Assembly: GCA_947502965.1 (NCBI GenBank)
Contig: CANNCG010000002.1
Location: 1 to 33,730, forward strand
Source of the DNA: a bacterium
GTDB lineage: Bacteria; Margulisbacteria; Marinamargulisbacteria; SXXA01
DNA: 33,730 nt
Reading direction: 5' to 3'
Under the pieces are notes generated by a model. It was not told the DNA's origin. It saw only the letters and a program-made list of their open reading frames with translations, and ran no database searches. Shown in pieces: positions 17,850 to 30,300 of this stretch. The position numbers and the translations under genes were made by a program. The stretch's first letter is position 1; each line of letters opens with the position of its first letter.

Positions 17850-17889
17850 AAATCTCCGAGTCAGAGGAAAGTTAAGGTGAAGATGTTCT

Positions 17890-18384
17890 ATGTTTGAGTT
17901 TACGAGCAGTACATTTTTCTGGTCTTCGGTTAATTTCGTGGTCTTGTTGTTTTTGGTTCACCGTTTTGCCTTGCCAGCGTTTTTTCAGATGGTGGACGAA
18001 AATGAATCAAATCGAAATCAGCTGTTGATCGATTTAGAATCTAAGGTAAAGTTGGCTGATGCTTTGATCAGTGACTATACCGCCAAATTGGCTGCGGCTG
18101 AACAAGAGGCCCAGTGTATTCTTGCGGATGCGCGTCATGCTGCGGATGCGCTTTCAGTAACGCTCGAGAAAGAGGCTCACGATAAAAAGCAGAAGCTTTT
18201 GGAGGGCGTTCATCAAGAGTTGGATTCAGAACGTCGAAAAATAGTTGCAGATATTCAGGCGCGTGCAACGGAGCTTATTACGTTGTCTACGGCTAGAATT
18301 ATTGGAAAAGAGTTTTCTGTTTCTCAGCATGAGGCGGTTATTCGAGAAAGTTTGGCAGATTTTGAAAGGCAAGTATCCAGATGA
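17890..18384 (+). CDS. atpF: F0 ATP synthase subunit b
   Basis: FFWSSVNFVVLLFLVHRFALP TM anchor followed by a long charged helix; operon position. Confidence 0.9.
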   Translation: MFEFTSSTFFWSSVNFVVLLFLVHRFALPAFFQMVDENESNRNQLLIDLESKVKLADALISDYTAKLAAAEQEAQCILADARHAADALSVTLEKEAHDKKQKLLEGVHQELDSERRKIVADIQARATELITLSTARIIGKEFSVSQHEAVIRESLADFERQVSR

Positions 18385-18929
18385 GTGCAGCTCTTCTTGA
18401 TATTGATTATTCAAAGCTCTATTCTTTGGCCGGTCAGCGTTCTGAAACTTCGAGGTTGACGCAGAATATGTATTTTTTAGATCAATTGTTGTCAAAAAAT
18501 TATGATGTTCGTTATTTGTTGGGCCTTGGCGATTTTCCGGTTGCGCAACGTATTCAGACGTTGTTAGAAATACCGGGGTTTCATCCTTCTGAGACATTTG
18601 AAGAACTCCTGGCTTTGATTTTGGTGCACCATCAGATTGTATTGTTTCATATCGTGTATGAGAGATTTATATCTGATCTTGTAACGAATCATGGTTTTTC
18701 TGTTGTTGAAGCTGTTTTACCTGTGGAGGTGGCATCTTCTTTTTTAGAAGAAGTATCTGCGACGCTTCAGCGTTCATTGGGAAAGAAAGTCATACTCAAA
18801 ACCCGTGTAGACGAAACCTTGGTTGGAGGCGTTGTTTTGCGTTTACCTGACGGTAAAATTTTTGATTATTCCTATAAAAAACAGATGTGCGATTTCAAAT
18901 CTTATGTGATGGAGAAAGGTTTATCATGA
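18381..18929 (+). CDS. atpH: F1 ATP synthase subunit delta (divergent)
   Basis: C-terminal LGKKVILKTRVDETLVGGVVLR..IFDYS; located between atpF and atpA with ATGA overlaps. Confidence 0.88.
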   Translation: MSAALLDIDYSKLYSLAGQRSETSRLTQNMYFLDQLLSKNYDVRYLLGLGDFPVAQRIQTLLEIPGFHPSETFEELLALILVHHQIVLFHIVYERFISDLVTNHGFSVVEAVLPVEVASSFLEEVSATLQRSLGKKVILKTRVDETLVGGVVLRLPDGKIFDYSYKKQMCDFKSYVMEKGLS

Positions 18930-20440
18930 GTTACGATCCAGCTGCCATTTCGACCTTAATTCGCAATCGTCTGGAAAGTTTTCAATCAAATACTACTGTT
19001 GAAGAAGTGGGTTTGGTTGTTGAAACTGCCGACGGTATTGTGCGTGTATCGGGTCTTCCAAACGCTATGTTAGGTGAGATGATTGCTTTTCCTAACGGTA
19101 TTTTTGGTATTGTTTTTAATTTGGAAGCCGATCATCTTGTTGTTATTATTTTGGGTAAAAAAACAGCGGTAACCATTGGGGATACCGCCAAATGTTCTGG
19201 CCGTATTATGGAAGTTCCCGTAGGAAAAGCCCTGCTTGGCCGTGTGGTCAATGCTGTTGGCGAGCCTATCGATGGCAAGGGGCCTGTTGCCTCTACGGGT
19301 GTTCGTCCTGTAGAAACAAAGGTCCCTGGTGTTTTGGACAGATCTCCAGTGGAAGAGCCGATGCAGACCGGCTATAAAATTGTGGATGCGTTGATTCCGA
19401 TTGGTCGTGGCCAGCGTGAGCTGATCATCGGAGACCGTCAGACAGGTAAAACGACGCTTGCCATTGATACCATTATTAATCAAAAGGGTGCGGGTGTTGT
19501 TTGTATTTATGTAGCAATTGGTAAAAAATCCTCTTCGGTTGTCGAGGTCTTGGAAACATTGACCAAGGCTGGCGCGATGGCATACACCATTATCGTGGAT
19601 GCCTCTGCAGATGACCCCGCGTCTATGCAATACTTGGCCCCTTATTCGGGTACCGCTATTGCGGAAGAATTTATGTATGCTGAGAAACAAGATGTTTTAA
19701 TTGTGTATGATGATTTGACCAAACATGCAAATGCGTATCGTCAGATTTCATTGCTTTTGAAGCGCCCTCCTGGTCGGGAGGCTTTCCCTGGCGATGTGTT
19801 TTATTTGCACTCTCGGTTGCTAGAGCGTTCGGCGCGGTTGTCTCAGGAATTGGGTGGCGCGTCTATCACGTCTTTGCCTATTGTTGAAACACAGCGTGGT
19901 GACGTTTCTACCTATATCCCAACCAACGTCATCTCGATTACAGATGGCCAGATTTTCTTACAAGGTGACTTGTTTTATGCGGGTTTTAGACCTGCGATTA
20001 ATGCTGGGATTTCTGTTTCACGGGTAGGGGGTAAGGCGCAAACAGCAGCTATTCGTAAGCTATCTGGTAAATTACGTTTGGAGCTGGCTCGTTTTCGTGA
20101 AAAAGAATCCTTCACCGCTTTTGCCTCTGAGCTTGATGAAGAAACACAATTGCAGCTGAAACGAGGGACCATCCTTGTAGAAATTTTAAAACAAGGAATT
20201 CACGTGCCGATGCCTGTAGAAGAGCAGGTTCTGAGCATTTATCTGGCAACGTCTGTTCTCATTGAGAAATTAGACTTGTCCAAGGTCAAAGCTTTTGAAA
20301 TGGCTTTGTTAGCAAAAGTCCGTAGTGAAGATCAATCGTTATTAGAAGAAATCAGAAGCTCTAAGAAGTTTACTCCGGATTCAGAGACAAAATTGCGTTC
20401 GCATATCCAGGCTTTGCTGGATGGCGCTTTTAAAGGATAG
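18926..20440 (+). CDS. atpA: F1 ATP synthase subunit alpha
   Basis: GRGQRELIIGDRQTGKT, RPPGREAFPGDVFYLHSRLLER, SVSRVG. Confidence 0.98.
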   Translation: MSYDPAAISTLIRNRLESFQSNTTVEEVGLVVETADGIVRVSGLPNAMLGEMIAFPNGIFGIVFNLEADHLVVIILGKKTAVTIGDTAKCSGRIMEVPVGKALLGRVVNAVGEPIDGKGPVASTGVRPVETKVPGVLDRSPVEEPMQTGYKIVDALIPIGRGQRELIIGDRQTGKTTLAIDTIINQKGAGVVCIYVAIGKKSSSVVEVLETLTKAGAMAYTIIVDASADDPASMQYLAPYSGTAIAEEFMYAEKQDVLIVYDDLTKHANAYRQISLLLKRPPGREAFPGDVFYLHSRLLERSARLSQELGGASITSLPIVETQRGDVSTYIPTNVISITDGQIFLQGDLFYAGFRPAINAGISVSRVGGKAQTAAIRKLSGKLRLELARFREKESFTAFASELDEETQLQLKRGTILVEILKQGIHVPMPVEEQVLSIYLATSVLIEKLDLSKVKAFEMALLAKVRSEDQSLLEEIRSSKKFTPDSETKLRSHIQALLDGAFKG

Positions 20441-20446
20441 TCGTTC

Positions 20447-22974
<2,528 letters not shown>

Positions 22975-22975
<1 letters not shown>

Positions 22976-23610
22976 TGTCGTTTTTGATTCGTTTTTGGGA
23001 TGTTGTTCGTCATCTAGACGCACATATTGTATGGCTCGTTGCACACTATGATGGCTGGGCCTATCTCATTTTGAGTCTGATTGTCTTTTTGGAGAATGGG
23101 GTTGTCTTAACACCCTTTTTGCCCGGAGATTCGCTGATTTTTATTTGCGGAAGTCTGGCGGCCAAAGGCTCTCTTCATCCTGTATGGTTGAGCGTTTTTC
23201 TTATTATTTCTGCTACCTTGGGTGCTTTTTTTAATTATGCGGTGGGTCATTTTGCCAAGCCCTATCTCGCGAATGGGAAGTTGTCCTTGATTCGTCCTTC
23301 CTATATCAAAAAAACGAGCGACTATTTTGATCGTTATGGTGAAATCACCATAGGCATTGCGAAGTTTCTGCCGATTGTCAGGACCTTTGCCCCTTTTCTG
23401 GCGGGTGTGTCGCAGATGCCCTTTTGGACCTTTGCTATTTACAATATTTTAGGCTCTGTGGTCTGGATTTGTTTTTTTGTGGGAACCGGATTTTATTTTG
23501 GCAACATTCCGATCATAAAAGACAATTTGATGGTCGTCGCCTTTGGAATCGTCTCTATTTCTGTTTTGCCTGTGATATGGCAACTGTTTAGGCCCTCACG
23601 GGTAGGCTGA
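22975..23610 (+). CDS. dedA: DedA family membrane protein
   Basis: IVFLENG..PFLPGDSLIF..G, FLPIVRTFAPFLAG, YNILG. Confidence 0.93.
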
Positions 23611-23648
23611 CAGATACGCATTGCGTCTTGTGGTTATAACGTTTTAGC

Positions 23649-24809
23649 ATGTTCCGGATGAAAAACCCACGCCTAGGGGTGCTTCTTGTTTTAGGGCTTT
23701 TGTATTTTCCCCTTATTTTTTTCGGATTTGGTAGTGATACAGATCTGAGATTACTGGTGGATGCTGTGTCCAGGATGTGGGAAACCGGTGTGTATATCCC
23801 AAATAGAAACCCGGGATATCCTGTTTACGAGGGACTCGCAAGCGTTGTCTTGGGACTGACAAAGTCTGCGGTTTCTTTGAACTTTTGCAATTTTGTTTTT
23901 ATGCTGGTGGCTGTGTTTCTTTTTGGAGAAATATGGACAAAAATGAAGCTCTCCCATGTATGGCTATGGATGTTTGTTTTGGGTGCTTCTCCCTTTATGG
24001 CGATTCACGGGACATCCGCCATGGACTATATGTTGGCGCTGTTTCTTGTGTTGTTGGGTTTTTGGGCCCTTATTAGCTATGAATCAGGCCGACGATTGTT
24101 GCTGCTTGTGACCGTGCTGACCTGGTCATTGGCGATAGGGTGTCGCTTTGCTTCGTTTTTTGTTCCTTTGGCACTTTTGGGCGTTGGCCTATGGGGACGC
24201 TATCCCAAATCTTGGCACGGCTATCTGGTGGTAGGCGGTTCTATTTTTTTTGGTTTTGCGTGGTATCTCTTGCCTTTTTGGGCATCTGGAGGAAATTTTT
24301 CTTTTTTGCAAGCGCAGATGTCGGATGTTTGGCCCGTATGGGCGTATCCTGTGCGTTGGGTGTATAAAAGTGTTTATTTTTTGGGCCCAATGACATGTAT
24401 GGGCGTTGTCTGGACATTGGTTCCCCAGCGGCATATTTTTTTGAAAACATGGGCGCATACCCATGTGGCGTCATATGAATTCCGTTTTTCTGTCTTGGTA
24501 ATTATATTCTTCTCGCTACTTTATCTGCGGTATCCTTTTGAGAAAGCCTATTTGTTGCCCGCTTGGCCTTTTTTGCTGTTTATGTTGGGGTACTTGTCTC
24601 AAAAGCGCCTTCTGTTGCCCATTTTTTTGTGTCTGACACAACTCTTTTATGGCTGGGGGTACGATGTGCAGTTGATGAAGCCAGATGTGCCAAATCGCGC
24701 TAGGCATGCCACCGTAGGGGTGTATGTTTTGCCGGGTATGGTACGTGCGGATATCGTGGAGAGAAAAAAGCTCATGATAGAGCCACTGTTTGCACCTTAT
24801 TTGCCCTAA
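23649..24809 (+). CDS. Polytopic membrane protein, possibly a GT-C fold glycosyltransferase
   Basis: About 10 TM segments; first loop GSDTD..NRNPGYPVYE resembles GT-C loop 1; YLLP motif. Confidence 0.6.
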   Translation: MFRMKNPRLGVLLVLGLLYFPLIFFGFGSDTDLRLLVDAVSRMWETGVYIPNRNPGYPVYEGLASVVLGLTKSAVSLNFCNFVFMLVAVFLFGEIWTKMKLSHVWLWMFVLGASPFMAIHGTSAMDYMLALFLVLLGFWALISYESGRRLLLLVTVLTWSLAIGCRFASFFVPLALLGVGLWGRYPKSWHGYLVVGGSIFFGFAWYLLPFWASGGNFSFLQAQMSDVWPVWAYPVRWVYKSVYFLGPMTCMGVVWTLVPQRHIFLKTWAHTHVASYEFRFSVLVIIFFSLLYLRYPFEKAYLLPAWPFLLFMLGYLSQKRLLLPIFLCLTQLFYGWGYDVQLMKPDVPNRARHATVGVYVLPGMVRADIVERKKLMIEPLFAPYLP

Positions 24810-25693
24810 TGGGTGTCGTTAAATTACTCACGTGGAATATTGGCTTCGCTGGCGGCCGTTATGGTTTGGAAGGCCAGGTGGGGAGTCGGTCTGAGGTGAT
24901 GCAGCGATTGTCAGGTATGGCGGATGTTTTGTCGGATGTGGGCGCGGATGTGGTCTGTCTACAAGAAGTAGACCGTTGTTCTAAGCGGTCTTTCTATATT
25001 GATCAGATTGACTATTTATCAAAGCGTGCAGGATATCCGTATGCCGCCTTTGTCCAAACTTGGCTATCTTTTTGGGTGCCTTATCCTGTTACTTGGCGAC
25101 TAGATCGCCAGTTTGGACCTATGGATGCTGGGCAGGTAGTTTTGTCTCGATATCCCATCACTTGGCATGCGCATGTGACCCATGAGAAACCGCATTCAAG
25201 GTCAGGATTGTTTAAGTATTTTTATTTGGACCGTGTCTCTCAAATGGTGTCTATACGCATGCTTGGACAATTCGATTTTTGTATTGGACATGTGCATTTT
25301 GAGGCTTTTGATGTGCAGGCGAGGGTCCAACAGGCAGGGGTCTTTTCTGCAATGACCAAAGCCTGGGCCAATCAGGTTTCTCCTATGGCGATATGTGGCG
25401 ATTTTAATGCGATGCCACAGTCCCCGCATCCGGTATATCACTTTCCTGATGAGCCCAAGCTTTCGTATGCAAAAGACGCTACTTTGGCGCTTTTTTCTGG
25501 TGACGGCTTTGTTTCTGCTGGGGTGGGGCACGCCTACGATGATTATCCTTCCCACGCACCCAATCGGCAGCTCACCCATGTGTTTTATGCGAAAGAGATT
25601 TCGGACGTGTCCTACAGCCTATTGCAAACAGGCGGGTTGTCAGACCATTTGCCGGTGTTGATTCAGTATACCCATCCCAAAATGAAACCGTGA
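24809..25693 (+). CDS. Endonuclease/exonuclease/phosphatase (EEP) family protein
   Basis: LTWNIG, DVVCLQEVD, LSRYPI, CGDFNA, LSDHLPV. Confidence 0.92.
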   Translation: MGVVKLLTWNIGFAGGRYGLEGQVGSRSEVMQRLSGMADVLSDVGADVVCLQEVDRCSKRSFYIDQIDYLSKRAGYPYAAFVQTWLSFWVPYPVTWRLDRQFGPMDAGQVVLSRYPITWHAHVTHEKPHSRSGLFKYFYLDRVSQMVSIRMLGQFDFCIGHVHFEAFDVQARVQQAGVFSAMTKAWANQVSPMAICGDFNAMPQSPHPVYHFPDEPKLSYAKDATLALFSGDGFVSAGVGHAYDDYPSHAPNRQLTHVFYAKEISDVSYSLLQTGGLSDHLPVLIQYTHPKMKP

Positions 25694-25707
25694 CCGGGTG
25701 CCTATCC
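25669..25707 (+). mobile_element. Truncated family A element (left end) overlapping the 3' end of the EEP gene
   Basis: TACCCATCCCAAAATGAAACCG is identical to copies 1 and 4 for 22 nt, then degenerates (TGACCGGGTGCCTATCC). Confidence 0.8.
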
Positions 25708-25964
25708 TAGCTTGAAACGGGGTGGAAGTGGGATCGAAAGGGCTGGCCCCCCCAAGCCGCTCTCACCAGCGTACCGATGACATGATGAGATCTGAAGCGT
25801 TCGCCGTTGTGTGCCCTGTGTGCTAATCTACGTTGTGTAAAGACAGCACATGACAGCCAATTGTTTTGCCACCGTTTGAACACCAGATTCTTTTTGGGAG
25901 AGATGTCGGACAAAAGCGATAAAGCCTGTTTGATGTTGATTATTACTGTAACCGAGGAGCTTCT

Positions 25965-27308
25965 ATGTCTAAATTGATGATATCTGTTTCGGGAATGCGG
26001 GGCGTGGTGGGGGATAGCTTGGATCCGCTACTTGTTTTAAAAATGGGAAATGCGTTTGGCCGTTGGGTGGGAAATAGAACGGTTATTGTTGGGGGGGATA
26101 CGCGCCCTTCTCATGCCATGGTAAAGTCGGCGATTGTGGCTGGATTGACCAGTGCCGGGGCATCGGTCATTGATATTGGCATTGTGCCGACGCCTACCGT
26201 ACAACAGGCGGTTCGATTTCATGGTGCGGCTGGTGGTGTTGTCGTGACAGCTTCGCATAATCCTGAGCAATGGAATGGGATTAAACTCATGAATGCTTCC
26301 GGGTCTTTTTTAGAACCAGCAGAATACACAGCCGTGATGGCAGCGTATGCAGATACTTTTTTAGAAAACAAAGGCTGGAACGGTGTGGGGCTTGTCCAAA
26401 CAGATTCCGAGTCTATTTCTCGGCATGTGGATGTGATTATGGACGCGTTGGATTGTCGTGGATTGGCGGATTCAAAGTTGCGTGTTTTGGTAGATGTAAA
26501 TCATGGTGCGGGTGCTGTGGCGGATCCCATTCTTTTTGAGAAATTGGGGATGCAAGTTTCTTTTTTAGAGGCCGCACCGGATGGTCACTTTGCGCATGAG
26601 CCTGAGCCGCTTGAAAAAAACCTATCGGCGTTGTGTGCGGCCATGCGTTCTGGAAACTATGACATTGGGTTTGCCCAAGATCCCGATGCGGATCGTTTGG
26701 TGATTGTCGATGAAAAAGGCCACTTCATAGGGGAAGATTATTCTTTGGGCTTGTGTATTGATTATATTTTGAAAACAGTGGGGGGTGCTTCGCCTCAGGT
26801 TGTGGTCAATTTATCCACCTCTCGGGTCATCGAAGATATCGTCACCCGCTATGGCGGAACGGTAACCTACACCAAAATAGGGGAAGCCCATGTGACGCAA
26901 GGGCTAAAAGAGTTGCAGGCTGTAGTGGGTGGTGAAGGGAATGGGGGGGTTATTTATCCCAAGGTAGGCTGGGGGAGAGACAGTCTTGTCGGCATGGTAA
27001 TTGCCTTGAAGTATTTGGCCGAATCAGGCCGCTCTGTTTCTGAGATAGTGGCCACCTATCCGCGATATGTGATGTTGCGGGAAAAACAGGCCTTGGCAAC
27101 CTCAGAAGCCCTCCACAACCAATTGGACATGATGAAAACTGTTTTTTCTGATGGGGTTTTAGATGTGCAGGATGGGGTAAAGGCGATTTTTCCAAATTCC
27201 TGGATTCATTTGAGGCCTTCCAATACCGAACCCATCGTTCGTATTTTTGTAGAAGCACCGACCGCAGATGCGGCACATAGTTTATTAGACAGGGCGATGT
27301 ATGCGTAA
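25965..27308 (+). CDS. glmM: Phosphoglucosamine mutase / phosphohexomutase
   Basis: SGMRG, GGDTR, PTP, TASHNP, QDPDADR, GGEGNGG, RPSNTEP; SD GAGGAG. Substrate (GlmM versus PMM/PGM) is not certain. Confidence 0.85.
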   Translation: MSKLMISVSGMRGVVGDSLDPLLVLKMGNAFGRWVGNRTVIVGGDTRPSHAMVKSAIVAGLTSAGASVIDIGIVPTPTVQQAVRFHGAAGGVVVTASHNPEQWNGIKLMNASGSFLEPAEYTAVMAAYADTFLENKGWNGVGLVQTDSESISRHVDVIMDALDCRGLADSKLRVLVDVNHGAGAVADPILFEKLGMQVSFLEAAPDGHFAHEPEPLEKNLSALCAAMRSGNYDIGFAQDPDADRLVIVDEKGHFIGEDYSLGLCIDYILKTVGGASPQVVVNLSTSRVIEDIVTRYGGTVTYTKIGEAHVTQGLKELQAVVGGEGNGGVIYPKVGWGRDSLVGMVIALKYLAESGRSVSEIVATYPRYVMLREKQALATSEALHNQLDMMKTVFSDGVLDVQDGVKAIFPNSWIHLRPSNTEPIVRIFVEAPTADAAHSLLDRAMYA

Positions 27309-30300
27309 TTTTATTTTGGGTATGCTCATGATGGTGGGCGTTTTTTCGGGACTGTGGGCGCAGGAACTAAAAATAACCTCTTCCCCCAATCCTGTAGCAC
27401 CCGGTACGAATGTGCGGGTTACGGTTCAGAGTGGGTTTATCCTAGATACCCCCTATGTGGGGGTTTTTGATAGAACCGTGTCTTTGCAAAAAGTGGGGGA
27501 ACGGTTGTATACCGTGTCTTTTTTGATACCAGCCACAACGAAGCCTGGTCTCATTCAGTCCTATCTCTCTTTTAATGCTACGGCTAAAAAAGGATTGCGT
27601 GTTCCTTTTCAGTTTGAGGTATCAGGGCCCAAAAAAGACACGATATCTGGCATTGAATCTCGTGGATTTGTACTCAAAACAGACCCCTTGGAGGAATCCA
27701 ATATTAAAATCGATGCGTTGGAAGACAGTGTCAAAAAGTTGCAGATAGAGCGACAGTCTCTCAAAAAACAAATAGAAACTACCAAAAAAGATTTGGAGAA
27801 ATTGAAAAATACACCAAGGACAACCTCAAAACAGTTTGCTCAAAAAGAAGAGGCGCTGCAGTCCTTGGATCGGCAATTGGTCAATCGTGAAAAAAACCTG
27901 CAAACAGCCCAAACTCAGTACCAAAAACAGCTAGAAGACCTGGTCTCCAGGGAAACGGCTCTGGGTGCGAAGGAGGCGGATTTACGTCAACGCGAAGCGG
28001 AATTGGCAAAAGAGAGAGAATCGGTTTCCAGACAGGTGAAGGACGTTTCGATCAAGCAAGAAGCCTTGGAAACGCAAGAATCTGATTTGGCGCAGCGTAA
28101 AAAGCTTACGGATGCCGAAGAAGTGGCCTTGCGTATGCAAAATCAAAAATTAAAAGAGATGCAGCTACAGCTTTCTCAGACGACCTCTTCGCTCACCTCT
28201 GAAAAAGAGTTGTTGGCAGAGAAAGAAAAAGATTTGCAATTGCTACGTAAAAAATTGGGTGAAGAAGATACTGGCGTCAAAGCGCGTGAGCAGGAGCTCA
28301 ACCGTCAGCGTGATGAAATGGCTAAGAAGAATGCCGACTTAATGGCCTTGACTAGCCAAGTCCAAAAAGAAAAAAAACTCATATCAGAATCGGAAGTGGT
28401 CTTCAAAAGACGCCTACAAGAAGTAGACCTTGTGGCCAAGCGATTGTCTACAGAGCGCCAGGTTTTAGACGATAGACAGGACAAAATTCAAGAGAGGGAA
28501 ACCGCGCTTAAATTGGAAGAAGAGAGGCTCTATGCGCAAATAAGACGCTTGTCTGCACGGGATGAGCAACTCAAAACCATTGAAAAAACCCTCAGAGAAG
28601 AAGAGGAGGCCATTCAGCGTCAGCAAATTACACTCACGCAGCAACAGTCTCAGCTAAGCGAAAAAGAAGCTGATTTGAATAAAATTCAGCAGGATATTTC
28701 GTCTCAAAACATGTCTTTGCAACGTTTGATGCAAGATGTGCAGATAGACCGTGTGACCCTGACCTCTCAAGCCGTAACCATTAAAACAGATAAAGAACTA
28801 TTGCGCCAAAAGGAAGCAATGTTGATACAGGAACAGAAAACGCTGCAAGCGCAACAGACCAATACACAGGCCTTAGAAGACTCTTTGGCCAGGCGAAAAA
28901 AAATTTTTGAAAAAGAATTAAATGCATCCAAAATGCTACAGGACCAAGATCGTCAGCAATTGGAGCTACAACGCAAAGAGATAAACGCATTGGATCTTGA
29001 ATCGCGGGAGTCCAAGCAGCGATTGGCCACTATTTCTGCTGAGCAATCCCAAAGAGAACGCAGTATTCGTCAGGCCCAGTCTGAGCAATCTTCCCGAGAA
29101 GTGGCATTGGGACAGCGTATGCGAGATCTGGAGAGCAAAGAATTTCAAATTGAAACCCTGAGAAAAGATGTTTATGACAAATACATGGCCTTAGACGCGC
29201 TCAAAACTTGGGTGGATGATCGGACCTATGCATTACAAGAAGCCTATGCTTTGGCACAAAAAGACAAATCAGTAAATACAGCTGCTTTTCAAGATCAGTT
29301 TCAAAAGTTGGAGCGCTTGACACGGATGTTGCAACACCGAACCAGTTCCTTGCTGGAAATTAACAAGGCGCTCAATCAGCAAAACGAGGCTTTGGAGATT
29401 GAAATTCAAACGGTGGTACCCACAGAGTCTCAATTTATTATAACCCCGTATTTGGGTTATCGGTCTTTTTCTGATACCAAAATTAAAAATGGGGCAAATA
29501 TAGGCCTCAAATTGATGGGTTCCTTTAGCCGTGATTGGGGGGTTGATACAGGGATTGGGTGTGTTCCAACTTTGGAAAACGGTAAATCACAGTTGGTGTA
29601 TACGGTAGATTTTTTATTTTCCAGGCATCTGGCGACAATAAGTCGTTTTCGTTTTTTTGGGTTGGCAGGTATTGGCGGGCGTATCGCTTCGTCGGCAGCG
29701 ATGGGCATGTCGGCAGGTCTGGGTATTCGAAATCCTTTGTCTGAAAATACAGCTGCGGATTTAGATATTCTCTATGGGCCTGATTTCTTAGTGCGTTTGG
29801 GTATTGATATGCGCTTGCGTTTTGACGAACGCAGGGTATCCCGTGGGCTTGGATTGGATGTCCCCTCTGTTTCTCCTGTGGCGACGACGTCTGGGAGTGG
29901 TATTGATGTGTTGTTGCGTGTGCCATCCTCGCGCTATCAGACGTCTATTGTCCGGCCTGTTCTGCAGGATTCCGTCACACATTGGTCCTCTGATGACGCG
30001 GCCTTGTCGGGTGCATTTGGGCTGTTGGAGTTAATCCCGGTTCAAGATGCCAAAGATACCTATCTTTTTTTTCCTTCTAAAACACTCTCTCTCTTAGAGG
30101 GTGTCAAACTATTAATGAAGGCAACCTACTTGCCGAAGATGGTGGCAGACGAATCCTTGCCTATTTCATTCACCATTGTAGATTTGCCGGGGGTAGAATA
30201 CCTGACAAAGGTGTGGGTTGAAGATGAATTGGGGAATCAGATCCATGTGTTGCTAGACGGTGAGTCCCGTGGGGTGGGTGATTTTTCTTTGCAATGGGAT

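Noticed and set aside
25708-25964. glmS ribozyme upstream of glmM
   Set aside because: The core motifs AGCGCC and GACGAGG were not found.
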